Assembly (NCBI GenBank): GCA_037200965.1
Contig: JBBCGK010000001.1
Coordinates: 672,001 to 736,000 of the forward strand
Direction of reading: 5' to 3'
DNA from: a bacterium
Lineage (GTDB): Bacteria > Patescibacteriota > Minisyncoccia > Phycocordibacterales > Phycocordibacteraceae
DNA: 64,000 nucleotides
Of this stretch, positions 36,023 to 44,455 are shown in pieces (within the stretch, counting starts at the first letter, position 1; every line of letters starts with the position of its first letter). The translations under genes and the position numbers were made by a program. The notes under the pieces are model-generated. The model saw only the letters and a program-made list of their open reading frames with translations, was not told where the DNA came from and ran no database searches.

Positions 36023-37309
36023 TTAGGATGCAATTACCTTGTAGATTCGGTTATCAGCCACTGTGTCCGTGTTCTCTAGGTCAACCATTTCAAATACATA
36101 GCCATACTCCTTGAGTGAGTCTTCGAGCAGTGCCAGCGCGTCTTTGTCCTTATTTGAGAAACCGATATAGACCACGCCGTTTGGCGCAAGATATTCCTTT
36201 GTATTCTTAAGAAACTTAACCAGTACGCTATCTTCGTTACTCTGCGTCTTGAATGCATGGGCAAGGCTTGTATCCGTCTTCTTAACCTTCTCATTATGGA
36301 AGGGCGGATTGAAGAAGATGATATCGAAGTGATTTTTATAGATTGAAGGTATTTTTTCGAATAGATTGCTCTCGAAAGCCACCCCCTTATCTTTTTGAGG
36401 AGAATTCTCAAGGTTGTATTTAGCGTTCTGAACGGCAGTTGAATTGATATCGCTCATCACCACTTCTTTTGCGCCTACATCAAGCGCCACGAGGCCCATC
36501 GCTCCATGACCACATGCAATATCGAGAACTTTCTTATCCTTCGATACTCCACGAACAAGCTTCGCGAACAGTTTTGAGGAACGGAATCGATTAGAAGGAT
36601 AGACGCCAGGGAAGACGGTCATTACGAGCTTCTCGAACAGGATTTTATAGTTGCTCGTGTTTTTGAGTACATGCTTATAGATCTCATTCGAGGTGAGAGC
36701 CGGATAGTATATCGGCGGGTAATAGTTTTTCTTTACAAGAGCGTCGAGGTACTTCAGCACGATGGAAGCCGCTTCCTCGCCATCCTTTGCATAGAAGAGG
36801 GGAGTGGAATCAGGATGCATCAAGCCTTCTGCGGCGAATGAGTCTATAAGCGCCTTGTATCGAGTGAAGTAATCACCCACAAGAACAATAGGCTTATTGA
36901 TTTCTCCAAGAATATTCAATATATGGATCTCTAGAATTTCGTGGAATGTACCTACTGCTCCCGGTAGCGCGATGAATGCATCCCCAAGCTCGATAAGTCT
37001 GCGCTGGCGCTCGTAGTGATCCGCATATCCTTCATAATCGGAGAAATAGGGACTTGGCTTAGAATCGCGATTTCCAAGGGCAACGCCAAACAGGTTGCCG
37101 CCTGCTTCCACCGTAGCCTTTGCTACCACGTCCATGAGGCCAGAAGGGCGTCCGCCGTTATTAATGCCGTATCCAGCCTCGCTTATAAGCCGAGCCACGG
37201 CCTTGGCGTCATGAAGATAAGACTCGTTCGTAGTTTCCATGCCGCTGGAGAATATGGTCACGCGAGGCGTATATCCCGCCTCGGTTTTCTTGCTCGGCAT
37301 ATTTGTCAT
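36023..37309 (-). CDS. fusion protein: LOG-family (TIGR00730, lysine-decarboxylase-like) nucleotide-binding N-domain plus an NPPF-motif small-domain SAM methyltransferase (RsmC/HemK-like) C-domain
   Basis: N-terminus TIFSSG...GINNGGRPSGLMDVVAKATVEAGGNLFGVAL...ALPGAVGTFHEILE gives the LOG signature. C-terminus VLDIACGHGAMGL...DIIFFNPPFH carries MTase motifs I and IV (NPPF). AT-rich. Confidence 0.6.
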   Translation of the reverse strand: MTNMPSKKTEAGYTPRVTIFSSGMETTNESYLHDAKAVARLISEAGYGINNGGRPSGLMDVVAKATVEAGGNLFGVALGNRDSKPSPYFSDYEGYADHYERQRRLIELGDAFIALPGAVGTFHEILEIHILNILGEINKPIVLVGDYFTRYKALIDSFAAEGLMHPDSTPLFYAKDGEEAASIVLKYLDALVKKNYYPPIYYPALTSNEIYKHVLKNTSNYKILFEKLVMTVFPGVYPSNRFRSSKLFAKLVRGVSKDKKVLDIACGHGAMGLVALDVGAKEVVMSDINSTAVQNAKYNLENSPQKDKGVAFESNLFEKIPSIYKNHFDIIFFNPPFHNEKVKKTDTSLAHAFKTQSNEDSVLVKFLKNTKEYLAPNGVVYIGFSNKDKDALALLEDSLKEYGYVFEMVDLENTDTVADNRIYKVIAS

Positions 37310-37397
37310 ATGCGAGAAGTATTGTATAAATGCTATTCACTGTCAAGTGATGTCAGACAGTACTTGACAACAAGTCAGGCAGGAATATACTGACCAT

Positions 37398-38159
37398 ATG
37401 GAACTCAACAAATCCCTTGAAGCTTTGGGCTTCTCATCAAAGGAGATTCAGGTTTATTTGGCGGTGATAAAGCTCGGTAAGACTACTCCAGCCGAAGTGG
37501 CGAAGATTACGAAAATCGGCCGCCCCACGGTCTATAATCTTGTTAAGAGTCTTATATCGAAGGGTGTGATAGCGGAGGATAAGGCCGATGCTGTGCTGCA
37601 CATCGTCGCACTGCCTCCCGAAGGCCTCCGAGCTACTATCGAACGGTCCAAGGTCGAGCTTTCAAAGAAAGAAGAACTTGTTGATGCGGCTATCGAAGAG
37701 CTTGGACTCATCCACTCAGGCGAGACCTATCCGGTGCCGCGCCTCCGTTTCGTGGAGGAGAACGAGCTACACGATTACCTTTTTCAGAATGCGGTTAAGT
37801 GGAATGAAAGCGTCCTCTCTAAGGACGGAATCTGGTACGGCTTCCAAGACCATAGTTTCGTAGAGAATTATGGAGATTGGATTGATTGGACGGTAAAGAA
37901 ACTCAAGGGAACGAAGTACAAGGTTCAACTATTCAGCAACGCTTCGAAAATTGAGGAACAGTTAGAAGGGAAGATCCCAGAGCGCTCAATCAAGTTCCTA
38001 AAGAGCTCTCGCTTTACGGCAACTACCTGGGTGGTAGGGGATTACCTCGTGATGATCTCAACCTCGAAGGCCCCGTTCTATTTGGTGGAGATTCACGATG
38101 CTCTTATGGCAGAGAATATGCGCGAAGTGTTTAAGAATATGTGGGAGATAAATAAATAA
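37398..38159 (+). CDS. TrmB-family transcriptional regulator
   Basis: The N-terminus ALGFSSKEIQVYLAVIKLGKTTPAEVAKITKIGRPTVYNLVKSLISKGV is a typical TrmB winged helix. Confidence 0.65.
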   Translation: MELNKSLEALGFSSKEIQVYLAVIKLGKTTPAEVAKITKIGRPTVYNLVKSLISKGVIAEDKADAVLHIVALPPEGLRATIERSKVELSKKEELVDAAIEELGLIHSGETYPVPRLRFVEENELHDYLFQNAVKWNESVLSKDGIWYGFQDHSFVENYGDWIDWTVKKLKGTKYKVQLFSNASKIEEQLEGKIPERSIKFLKSSRFTATTWVVGDYLVMISTSKAPFYLVEIHDALMAENMREVFKNMWEINK

Positions 38160-38164
38160 GAATT

Positions 38165-38725
38165 ATGGATCGATACCTTGATCAGTGGGCGCGAATTAAC
38201 CGCTGGCATAGAAAAGTCAATACTTTTTATGAAGGAGAGAGAAGTGTTCTTGAGGATAATGAAAGATTGGATATGGTCCGAACTTTTTTCATAGAATGCT
38301 TTCATTTAAAGGATTGGATCAAAGCTGACTTTCCGAATCTTTCAGTAGCTACCGAAAGAATATTTGATCGAGTAGAAGGCGAGGAATGTTTCAAAATTTG
38401 TGCAGACCTAGCGAATGCATCGAAACACGTGGATCTTAATAAGGCAGTCAGAAAAGATAAAGAAACTAAAATCGGTACTCAAGGAATTACAATCATGGTT
38501 GATCCTATTAAATGGGATTCAGACCCGAAGGATTATTTGCCGCCCGTGTGTAAATACCGATGGGACATCATAGCGTCAAGGAAGAAGTTTGATGTAAAAG
38601 AGCTAGCCGATGAGTGTATTGAGAGTTGGAAGAAGTTTATGCGCAAGAATGGACTATCTATAGAGATTGTTGCTCGATTGTCCATTCCAATAGATGGAAC
38701 ATCTTTTGATGCCAAAGCGTCTTAG
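38165..38725 (+). CDS. hypothetical protein (186 aa), AT-rich
   Basis: Starts 5 nt after the TrmB stop; no recognisable domain. Confidence 0.45.
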   Translation: MDRYLDQWARINRWHRKVNTFYEGERSVLEDNERLDMVRTFFIECFHLKDWIKADFPNLSVATERIFDRVEGEECFKICADLANASKHVDLNKAVRKDKETKIGTQGITIMVDPIKWDSDPKDYLPPVCKYRWDIIASRKKFDVKELADECIESWKKFMRKNGLSIEIVARLSIPIDGTSFDAKAS

Positions 38726-38787
38726 TACCGAAAGTAACAGTGATACTCCAGTCGTTTAAGAGATTACGGGAGAGGTGGAGGAAAGTT

Positions 38788-38985
38788 CCTAGCGGGTGCT
38801 TTTATGAAACTAGGTGGAATTGGATATCCGAGATAAGAACCTCGCTGATACTAAACAGCTCCTCATATTTCCTTCGTGTAGTGGATGACTGGGTATCAAA
38901 ATGAGCATACAAAAGCCAATACGTGCTTATAGGGTGCCCAAAACTAGGCGGAGGGGTTAGAACCTCCCATATTTTGGTAGTATTA
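38788..38985. repeat. copy 2 of the ~150-bp repeated element
   Basis: See copy 1; ~80 percent identity over the conserved blocks. Confidence 0.8.
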
Positions 38986-38990
38986 TCTAC

Positions 38991-39497
38991 ATGAAGATCG
39001 AATGGCTCGGAAAACGAATAGCAGTGGTTGGAGTAAGCGCATCAGGAAAATCAACTTTTGCGCGCAGACTTGCTACTAAGACTGGTCTGCCCCTGACGCA
39101 CATTGATGCCGTGATGTGGAAGCCGGGATGGGATTATATTGGCGATGAAGAAACAGTCCGCCAGCTCAAAGAAATCAGCAAGCAGGATGAATGGATCATC
39201 GAAGGATTCATCGATAAGAATGCTCTCGAAGCAGTTCTGACTCGTGCCGAATCAATAATCTATCTCGACTATCCGCGATACATACCTGCGTGGAGATACA
39301 TAAAACGATGGTTTAAGCATCGAAAGAATCCGCGCCCAGAATTGGAGGGCAGTCCAGAGAAATTCAGCTTTGAATTTCTGAAGCGGGTATGGGATAAGAA
39401 GGAAGTCTATCGGCTAAACGAATTTATTAAGAAAATGCCTGATACAAGCAAGATTCTGAGGCTCAAGTTGCCGAAGGAAGCAAATACTTTTCTATGA
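38991..39497 (+). CDS. P-loop NTPase/kinase (AAA_33 / topology-modulation-like)
   Basis: IAVVGVSASGKSTFARRLA Walker A; ~170 aa small kinase fold. Confidence 0.55.
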   Translation: MKIEWLGKRIAVVGVSASGKSTFARRLATKTGLPLTHIDAVMWKPGWDYIGDEETVRQLKEISKQDEWIIEGFIDKNALEAVLTRAESIIYLDYPRYIPAWRYIKRWFKHRKNPRPELEGSPEKFSFEFLKRVWDKKEVYRLNEFIKKMPDTSKILRLKLPKEANTFL

Positions 39498-39509
39498 GAG
39501 TAGTTACAT

Positions 39510-40028
39510 ATGGCTAGACTTATTATTCTCAATGGACCTCCTGGTGTAGGCAAATCTACGATTGCTGCACGTCTGCATAAGGATATTTCAAATTCGATAC
39601 TTCTGGATATAGATGAGATTCGTCGCTCCATTCCAAATTATAAAGAGCAACGTAAGGAAAGTCTGATTCTGGCGTATCAGGAGGCAATGCGGACCATAGA
39701 AGACTGTTTAGCTAAAGATCAGACCGTTATTATAGATAAGGTTGTTTCGGACTCAGATACACTCGATTCTTTTGTTGAGGCAGGGAATAAACAGGGTGTC
39801 GTAATAAATGAGATTCTCCTATTTGCAGACAAGGAATCAGTACAGAAGCGAGCAGACGAGCGTGGTTACAAACCAGGAAGTTTACTTACCCGTGAGCGAG
39901 TAGGAGACATGTGGGATCAAGTGAGTGTACTCAGAAGAAGTAGGAATAACGCTGTTGTTATGGATACGACTCATTTAAATCTTGAAGAAGTGTACAAAAA
40001 TGTAAGAGGAATAATCGGGCAAGTATAA
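39510..40028 (+). CDS. P-loop NTPase/kinase (AAA_33 / zeta-toxin-like fold)
   Basis: IILNGPPGVGKSTIAARL Walker A; ~170 aa. Confidence 0.55.
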   Translation: MARLIILNGPPGVGKSTIAARLHKDISNSILLDIDEIRRSIPNYKEQRKESLILAYQEAMRTIEDCLAKDQTVIIDKVVSDSDTLDSFVEAGNKQGVVINEILLFADKESVQKRADERGYKPGSLLTRERVGDMWDQVSVLRRSRNNAVVMDTTHLNLEEVYKNVRGIIGQV

Positions 40029-40154
40029 CCCGCCGGTAGGGGTGGAAGAGAAGTCCGGAATTTCTGAGAAGTTTCTGCAGAAAGTTAGAACCCCCAATCT
40101 GTTAAGACGCGCCAACACGAATGGTTACTTAACTCGGCCTTTCGTGAAATGATG

Positions 40155-40566
40155 TGGAGGTGGGGAGGTTGAACTCCCGTCCGACCTGCGCTTGAGAGCG
40201 AGTCTACGGCGCGTAGTTCCGATTAGGGTTTAAGAGAGGATGCGAGGAAACGGAACGAAACCATTCCCCTCCGATCCCGTTATCTAAGCCGCGGGCCGGG
40301 AGAGCCGCGAACCGATCGCACAGAAGATTCCGCCCGCTGGCCCGGCTGTGCGCACCCGGGACCAGGGACGTCGCTTAGGCGAGGTGAGCCGAAGCTCGAA
40401 CCTTATGCGTAAGCGAACGCGAAGTTCCCTGCGGTAAAGTAAGGAGACTTCACGCCTACAACAGTTTTGTTTGCAGGTAGAGTTTCCCGCCAGATTAAAG
40501 TGATGGGCGGGAGTGCACTGCGCCGCACGTCTCTCAAGGTACAGGCCGTCAAAGCCGGTCACCCCC
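40155..40566 (-). ncRNA. ssrA: tmRNA (ssrA)
   Basis: The minus strand begins GGGGGUGACCGGCUUUGACGG, matching the tmRNA 5' consensus GGGGxUGAxxxGGxUUCGACGG. It ends GGACGGGAGUUCAACCUCCCCACCUCCA, matching E. coli ...GGACGCGGGUUCAACUCCCGCCAGCUCCA. The acceptor stem GGGGGUG/CACCUCC pairs. An internal ORF GCA AAC AAA ... GCA UAA encodes the tag ANKTVVGVKSPYFTAGNFAFAYA. It lies directly downstream of smpB. Confidence 0.7.
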
Positions 40567-40604
40567 GGGGAAGGAGAGACTCGAGTGTCTCGCGCTCTCC
40601 GGGA

Positions 40605-41048
40605 TTACCGATTCTTCAGTATACGTTCGGCGTCGCGTTTCGCGTCCTTTTTCTTGAGATCCTCCCGTTTGTCCTTCTTCCCCTTGCCGCGGACGATCGC
40701 AACGCGCGCCTTGATATACCGCTTACTACTATACACCGAAAGTGGCACTACTGTCAATCCCTTCTTCGATTCGGCATCGGCCAGTTGCGCTAGTTCGGGC
40801 TTCGTCATAAGAAGACGGCGGTTGCGTTCCGGATCGTAGCTCTCCGGAGTGTTCTTGGCCTGATAGGGAGGGATGGTTGCGCCGACCAGATAGGCTTCTC
40901 CGCCGCGGACGAGCACCCGCGCTCCTTCGAGGCTCCCGAGCTTCCCGCGAAGCGCCTTCGCCTCGCCGCCCGAGAGCTCGAGGCCCGCATCGAATGTCTC
41001 AATGATCTCGTATTTGAGGCCCGCTTTTTTGTTTTCGATAAGATTCAT
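40605..41048 (-). CDS. smpB: SsrA-binding protein SmpB
   Basis: 147 aa; KYEIIETFDAGLELSGGEAKALR...GKGKKDKRED; canonical SmpB. Confidence 0.9.
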   Translation of the reverse strand: MNLIENKKAGLKYEIIETFDAGLELSGGEAKALRGKLGSLEGARVLVRGGEAYLVGATIPPYQAKNTPESYDPERNRRLLMTKPELAQLADAESKKGLTVVPLSVYSSKRYIKARVAIVRGKGKKDKREDLKKKDAKRDAERILKNR

Positions 41049-41878
41049 GTCGTGAGAAGGTCGAGAATCTCTTCGCGCCTTGCCATGACGTCATCGTAGC
41101 CCATGTAGAACGCTTCGGCGACCTTATGCGGATCGCGCGTCGTAAGGCCGACGGGAAGCGGCCGCGAGGGCGAGAGGTGAAGTCCCCGCACGCTGTTCGG
41201 GAGAACGGGGGTGTCGATGCGGTCCGTGTAATCGAGAAGCACGCCTTCAAGCGGCTCGCGCTGCCAGTACGCGTAGAGCCGGAAGAGCAGCTTCGCCCAC
41301 CGTTTCTTCGGCGTGAGATTGGTGATGAGCAGAATGCGCGTCGCGCCTTCCGCAACAGCCTTCTCAATGAGGGCCTGGGTGCCAAGCCCGATGCCGCCGT
41401 CCATATATAGATGGCTCCCGAGAGCTATGTGCCGGTGATAAAACAGCGGAATCGCCATCGCGGCGCGGAGCACCTCGTGGGGATCGAGCCAAGTATCGTT
41501 TCCGATAAAGCGCGTCGCCCCGCTTGCCTCGTCGGTCACGGGGACGAAATAACGCGACGGCGAGCGCGCGAGGCGGTCCGTATCGAGCGGAATGTACTGC
41601 TTGATAACCGTGTCGACCAGATAGTCGACATTGAACCTCGGGAAAGGGAAGTAGCGGATAAAGTTAGGGGAAGGAATGAATTTTATCCATGCCCGCTCGC
41701 CCTCATCGTACTGGCCGGAGAGATAGTACATGAGGGATCCCGTGCTTCCCGAGGAAGCGAGCGCTATGTCTGGCGCGCCAAGTCCGAGTTCTTTCCCGAG
41801 TGCGGTCAGTGCGCCCGCGGCATACGCGCACTTCATGCCTCCGCCGGAGGCGATAACCGCGGTTTTCTCCTCGCGCAT
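41045..41878 (-). CDS. patatin-like phospholipase
   Basis: Oxyanion hole GGGMKCAYAAG and GxSxG nucleophile (ASSGSTG); overlaps the smpB start by 4 nt. Confidence 0.75.
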   Translation of the reverse strand: MREEKTAVIASGGGMKCAYAAGALTALGKELGLGAPDIALASSGSTGSLMYYLSGQYDEGERAWIKFIPSPNFIRYFPFPRFNVDYLVDTVIKQYIPLDTDRLARSPSRYFVPVTDEASGATRFIGNDTWLDPHEVLRAAMAIPLFYHRHIALGSHLYMDGGIGLGTQALIEKAVAEGATRILLITNLTPKKRWAKLLFRLYAYWQREPLEGVLLDYTDRIDTPVLPNSVRGLHLSPSRPLPVGLTTRDPHKVAEAFYMGYDDVMARREEILDLLTT

Positions 41879-41918
41879 CCTTTCGAGATTAGCAGATTTT
41901 CGGTATACTGACAGTCTT

Positions 41919-43868
41919 ATGCCGCTTCCGTTTCAAACGCCGGGCAGGAATAAGAAAAACAGGAAACAGAAAACGCCCGTGAAGCGCTCGTATTTCGGCC
42001 TGCCTCCCACCTCCTTCACCGGCAATCTCGTCACGACCGTTCTCATCTTCCTGCTTCTCACGAGTGCGTACTCGCTCTTCGTGGGCCTGAGTTCGAGTCC
42101 CGAGAGCGTATCGCTCTCGCAGGTCGCGAAAGACGTCGAAGCGGGTTCTATAACCGCGATCAAGGTCGCAGGCGACAGCCTGAAGCTCACGTATACCGAC
42201 GAAAGCGAGAAAGTCTCGACCAAGGACCCCGCCGCGGGCCTTCCGGAGACGCTCGCGACCTACGGCGTAACGCCCGAGCAGCTGCGGAGCGTTGCTATTA
42301 CCGTCACGGGACAAAGCGGCTGGCGCTTCTGGCTCCTCACGCTCCTGCCGCTTCTCCTCCCGGTCATCTTCCTCGGGTTCCTGTTCTGGTTCCTTTCACG
42401 GCAGGTGAAAGGCGCGGGCATGCAGGCCTTCACGTTCGGGCAGAGCAAGGCGCGCATGACGGACCCGGCCGACATGAGCCAGCGCGTCACGTTCGCGGAT
42501 GTCGCCGGGGCGAAGGAAGCGAAGGAGGAGCTTATGGAAATCGTGGACTTCCTTAAGAATCCGAAGAAGTTCCTCGACATCGGCGCGAGAATTCCTAAGG
42601 GCATTCTTCTCATGGGCGCGCCGGGTACCGGGAAGACTCTCCTCGCCCGTGCCGTCGCGGGCGAGGCGGGCGTACCGTTCTTCTCGATTTCCGGCTCCGA
42701 GTTCGTCGAGATGTTCGTCGGCGTGGGCGCGTCCCGCGTGCGCGACCTTTTCCAGATGGCGAAGCGCGCGGCGCCCGCGATCATTTTCGTCGACGAGATC
42801 GACGCGGTCGGGCGCGTCCGCGGCACCGGAGTCGGAGGCGGAAATGACGAGCGTGAGCAGACCCTGAACCAGATTCTCGTCGAGATGGACGGTTTTGAGC
42901 CGACGGAAAAGGTGATCGTTATGGCGGCAAGCAACCGCCCCGACGTGCTTGATCCCGCGCTTCTTCGCCCGGGCCGTTTCGACCGACGCGTCACCATCGA
43001 TCTTCCGGACCGCAAGGATCGCGAAGAGATACTTAAGATCCACGCACGCAAGAAGCCGTTCGGTCCTGACGTAACCCTTCCGGTCATCGCCGAGCGCACG
43101 CCGGGCTTCTCCGGCGCCGAGCTCTACAGCCTCATGAACGAGGCGGCCATCCTCGCGGCCCGCGAGAACCGTACCGAAATCACCCAGTACGACCTCATCC
43201 GCTCGATCGAGAAGGTGATGCTCGGTCCCGAGCGCAAGTCCCATATTTTGAGTAACAAAGAAAAGAAGCTTACGGCATACCATGAGGCCGGGCACGCGCT
43301 TGTCTCATCGGTCCTCGAGCACGCCGACCCGGTGCACAAGATTTCCATCATCAGCCGCGGGCGGGCGGCGGGCTATACGCTCAAGCTTCCGTTCGAGGAC
43401 AAGAAGATGTACTCGAAGAAGGCGTTCCTCGACGATATCGCCGCGACCCTTGGCGGCTACGTGGCGGAAGAGATGATCTATGACGACGTGACCACGGGAC
43501 CCTCGAACGATCTCCAGGTTATCACCGCGCTTGCGCGCGACATGGTGTCCCGCTACGGCATGTCCGATTCCATCGGGCCCGTCGCATTCGCGTCCGACCG
43601 CGACATGCAGGGAGACCGGTATTCGCAGGAAATCGCCGCGAAGATAGACGGCGAAGTGTCGCGCATCATCGAGGAAGGGAAAGAGCGCGCGAAGAAAGTA
43701 CTCACCGAACACCGGAAGGCGCTCGACGCCATAACGGATCGCCTGGTCGAAGTCGAGACTATCGAGCGCGAGGAGTTCGAGAAAATACTTATCGCGAGCG
43801 GCATCACGCCGAAGAAGAAGGACGAGGAAGGGGTCGTCATCGCTCCAGTCGCGCCGCGCGTGGACTAG
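41919..43868 (+). CDS. ftsH: ATP-dependent zinc metalloprotease FtsH
   Basis: Walker [12 protein letters not shown] region, HEAGHA zinc motif; N-terminal TM helices. Confidence 0.95.
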   Translation: MPLPFQTPGRNKKNRKQKTPVKRSYFGLPPTSFTGNLVTTVLIFLLLTSAYSLFVGLSSSPESVSLSQVAKDVEAGSITAIKVAGDSLKLTYTDESEKVSTKDPAAGLPETLATYGVTPEQLRSVAITVTGQSGWRFWLLTLLPLLLPVIFLGFLFWFLSRQVKGAGMQAFTFGQSKARMTDPADMSQRVTFADVAGAKEAKEELMEIVDFLKNPKKFLDIGARIPKGILLMGAPGTGKTLLARAVAGEAGVPFFSISGSEFVEMFVGVGASRVRDLFQMAKRAAPAIIFVDEIDAVGRVRGTGVGGGNDEREQTLNQILVEMDGFEPTEKVIVMAASNRPDVLDPALLRPGRFDRRVTIDLPDRKDREEILKIHARKKPFGPDVTLPVIAERTPGFSGAELYSLMNEAAILAARENRTEITQYDLIRSIEKVMLGPERKSHILSNKEKKLTAYHEAGHALVSSVLEHADPVHKISIISRGRAAGYTLKLPFEDKKMYSKKAFLDDIAATLGGYVAEEMIYDDVTTGPSNDLQVITALARDMVSRYGMSDSIGPVAFASDRDMQGDRYSQEIAAKIDGEVSRIIEEGKERAKKVLTEHRKALDAITDRLVEVETIEREEFEKILIASGITPKKKDEEGVVIAPVAPRVD

Positions 43869-43920
43869 TGTTTTCATAGGAAAAGGAGAAGTTCCGGGCG
43901 CGCATGCGCGCTGGGCGCAA

Positions 43921-44376
43921 GTGCGCGTGCGTGCGGCGAAGGATATCGGCACGCTGAGCGCTCGGGACATGTTCATCGCGGGGCTGTTCCTGTATTGGGG
44001 AGAAGGCACGAAGACCTCGCCCACCGAGACATCCGTCTCGAACAATGACCCTGCCATGATTCGTTTCTTCATGGAGTGGCTTATCTTAGAAGGAGTGCCA
44101 AAGAACCGTCTGCGCGTCCATCTGCACTTCTATTCGGACATGGACATCAGAAAGGAATTACGCTACTGGTCAAAGCAGCTCGATCTGCCGTTGAGTGCGT
44201 TTCGCAACGCCTTACATCAAGGAAGCGAAACGCAGCGCTCTCTCATACCCGCAACGCTTCACACACGGCACCTGCAACCTCCTCTATCACAATCGCGACG
44301 TATCCGAATACGTCCACCAATCGCTCGATCACCTCCGGTTGAGGTTTGCCGATACCAAAGAGGTATGATTGCATAG
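43921..44376 (+). CDS. hypothetical protein (weak call)
   Basis: ORF lying between ftsH and the tRNA; no RBS and no recognisable domain. Confidence 0.25.
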   Translation: MRVRAAKDIGTLSARDMFIAGLFLYWGEGTKTSPTETSVSNNDPAMIRFFMEWLILEGVPKNRLRVHLHFYSDMDIRKELRYWSKQLDLPLSAFRNALHQGSETQRSLIPATLHTRHLQPPLSQSRRIRIRPPIARSPPVEVCRYQRGMIA

Positions 44377-44383
44377 TCATATA

Positions 44384-44455
44384 CCACCCATAGCTCAATG
44401 GTAGAGCGATCGACTTATATTCGATTGGCTCCAGGTTCGAGTCCTGGTGGGTGGA
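44384..44455 (+). tRNA. tRNA-Ile with anticodon UAU (reads AUA)
   Basis: Manually folded: acceptor CCACCCA/TGGGTGG, D-arm GCTC-AATGGTA-GAGC, anticodon stem ATCGA/TCGAT with loop CTTATAT (U33, anticodon TAT, A37), T-arm CCAGG-TTCGAGT-CCTGG, discriminator A. 72 nt. Confidence 0.6.

Noticed and set aside
42396-43295. 299-aa minus-strand ORF inside ftsH
   Set aside because: Antisense to FtsH, which has unmistakable AAA and HEXXH motifs.
43898-43911. Perfect 14-bp palindrome GCGCGCATGCGCGC just downstream of ftsH
   Set aside because: It could be a protein-binding site or a small hairpin, but it sits in GC-rich DNA where such palindromes arise easily. It has no U-tract, no second copy was noticed, and the central ATG opens only a ~17-codon frame.
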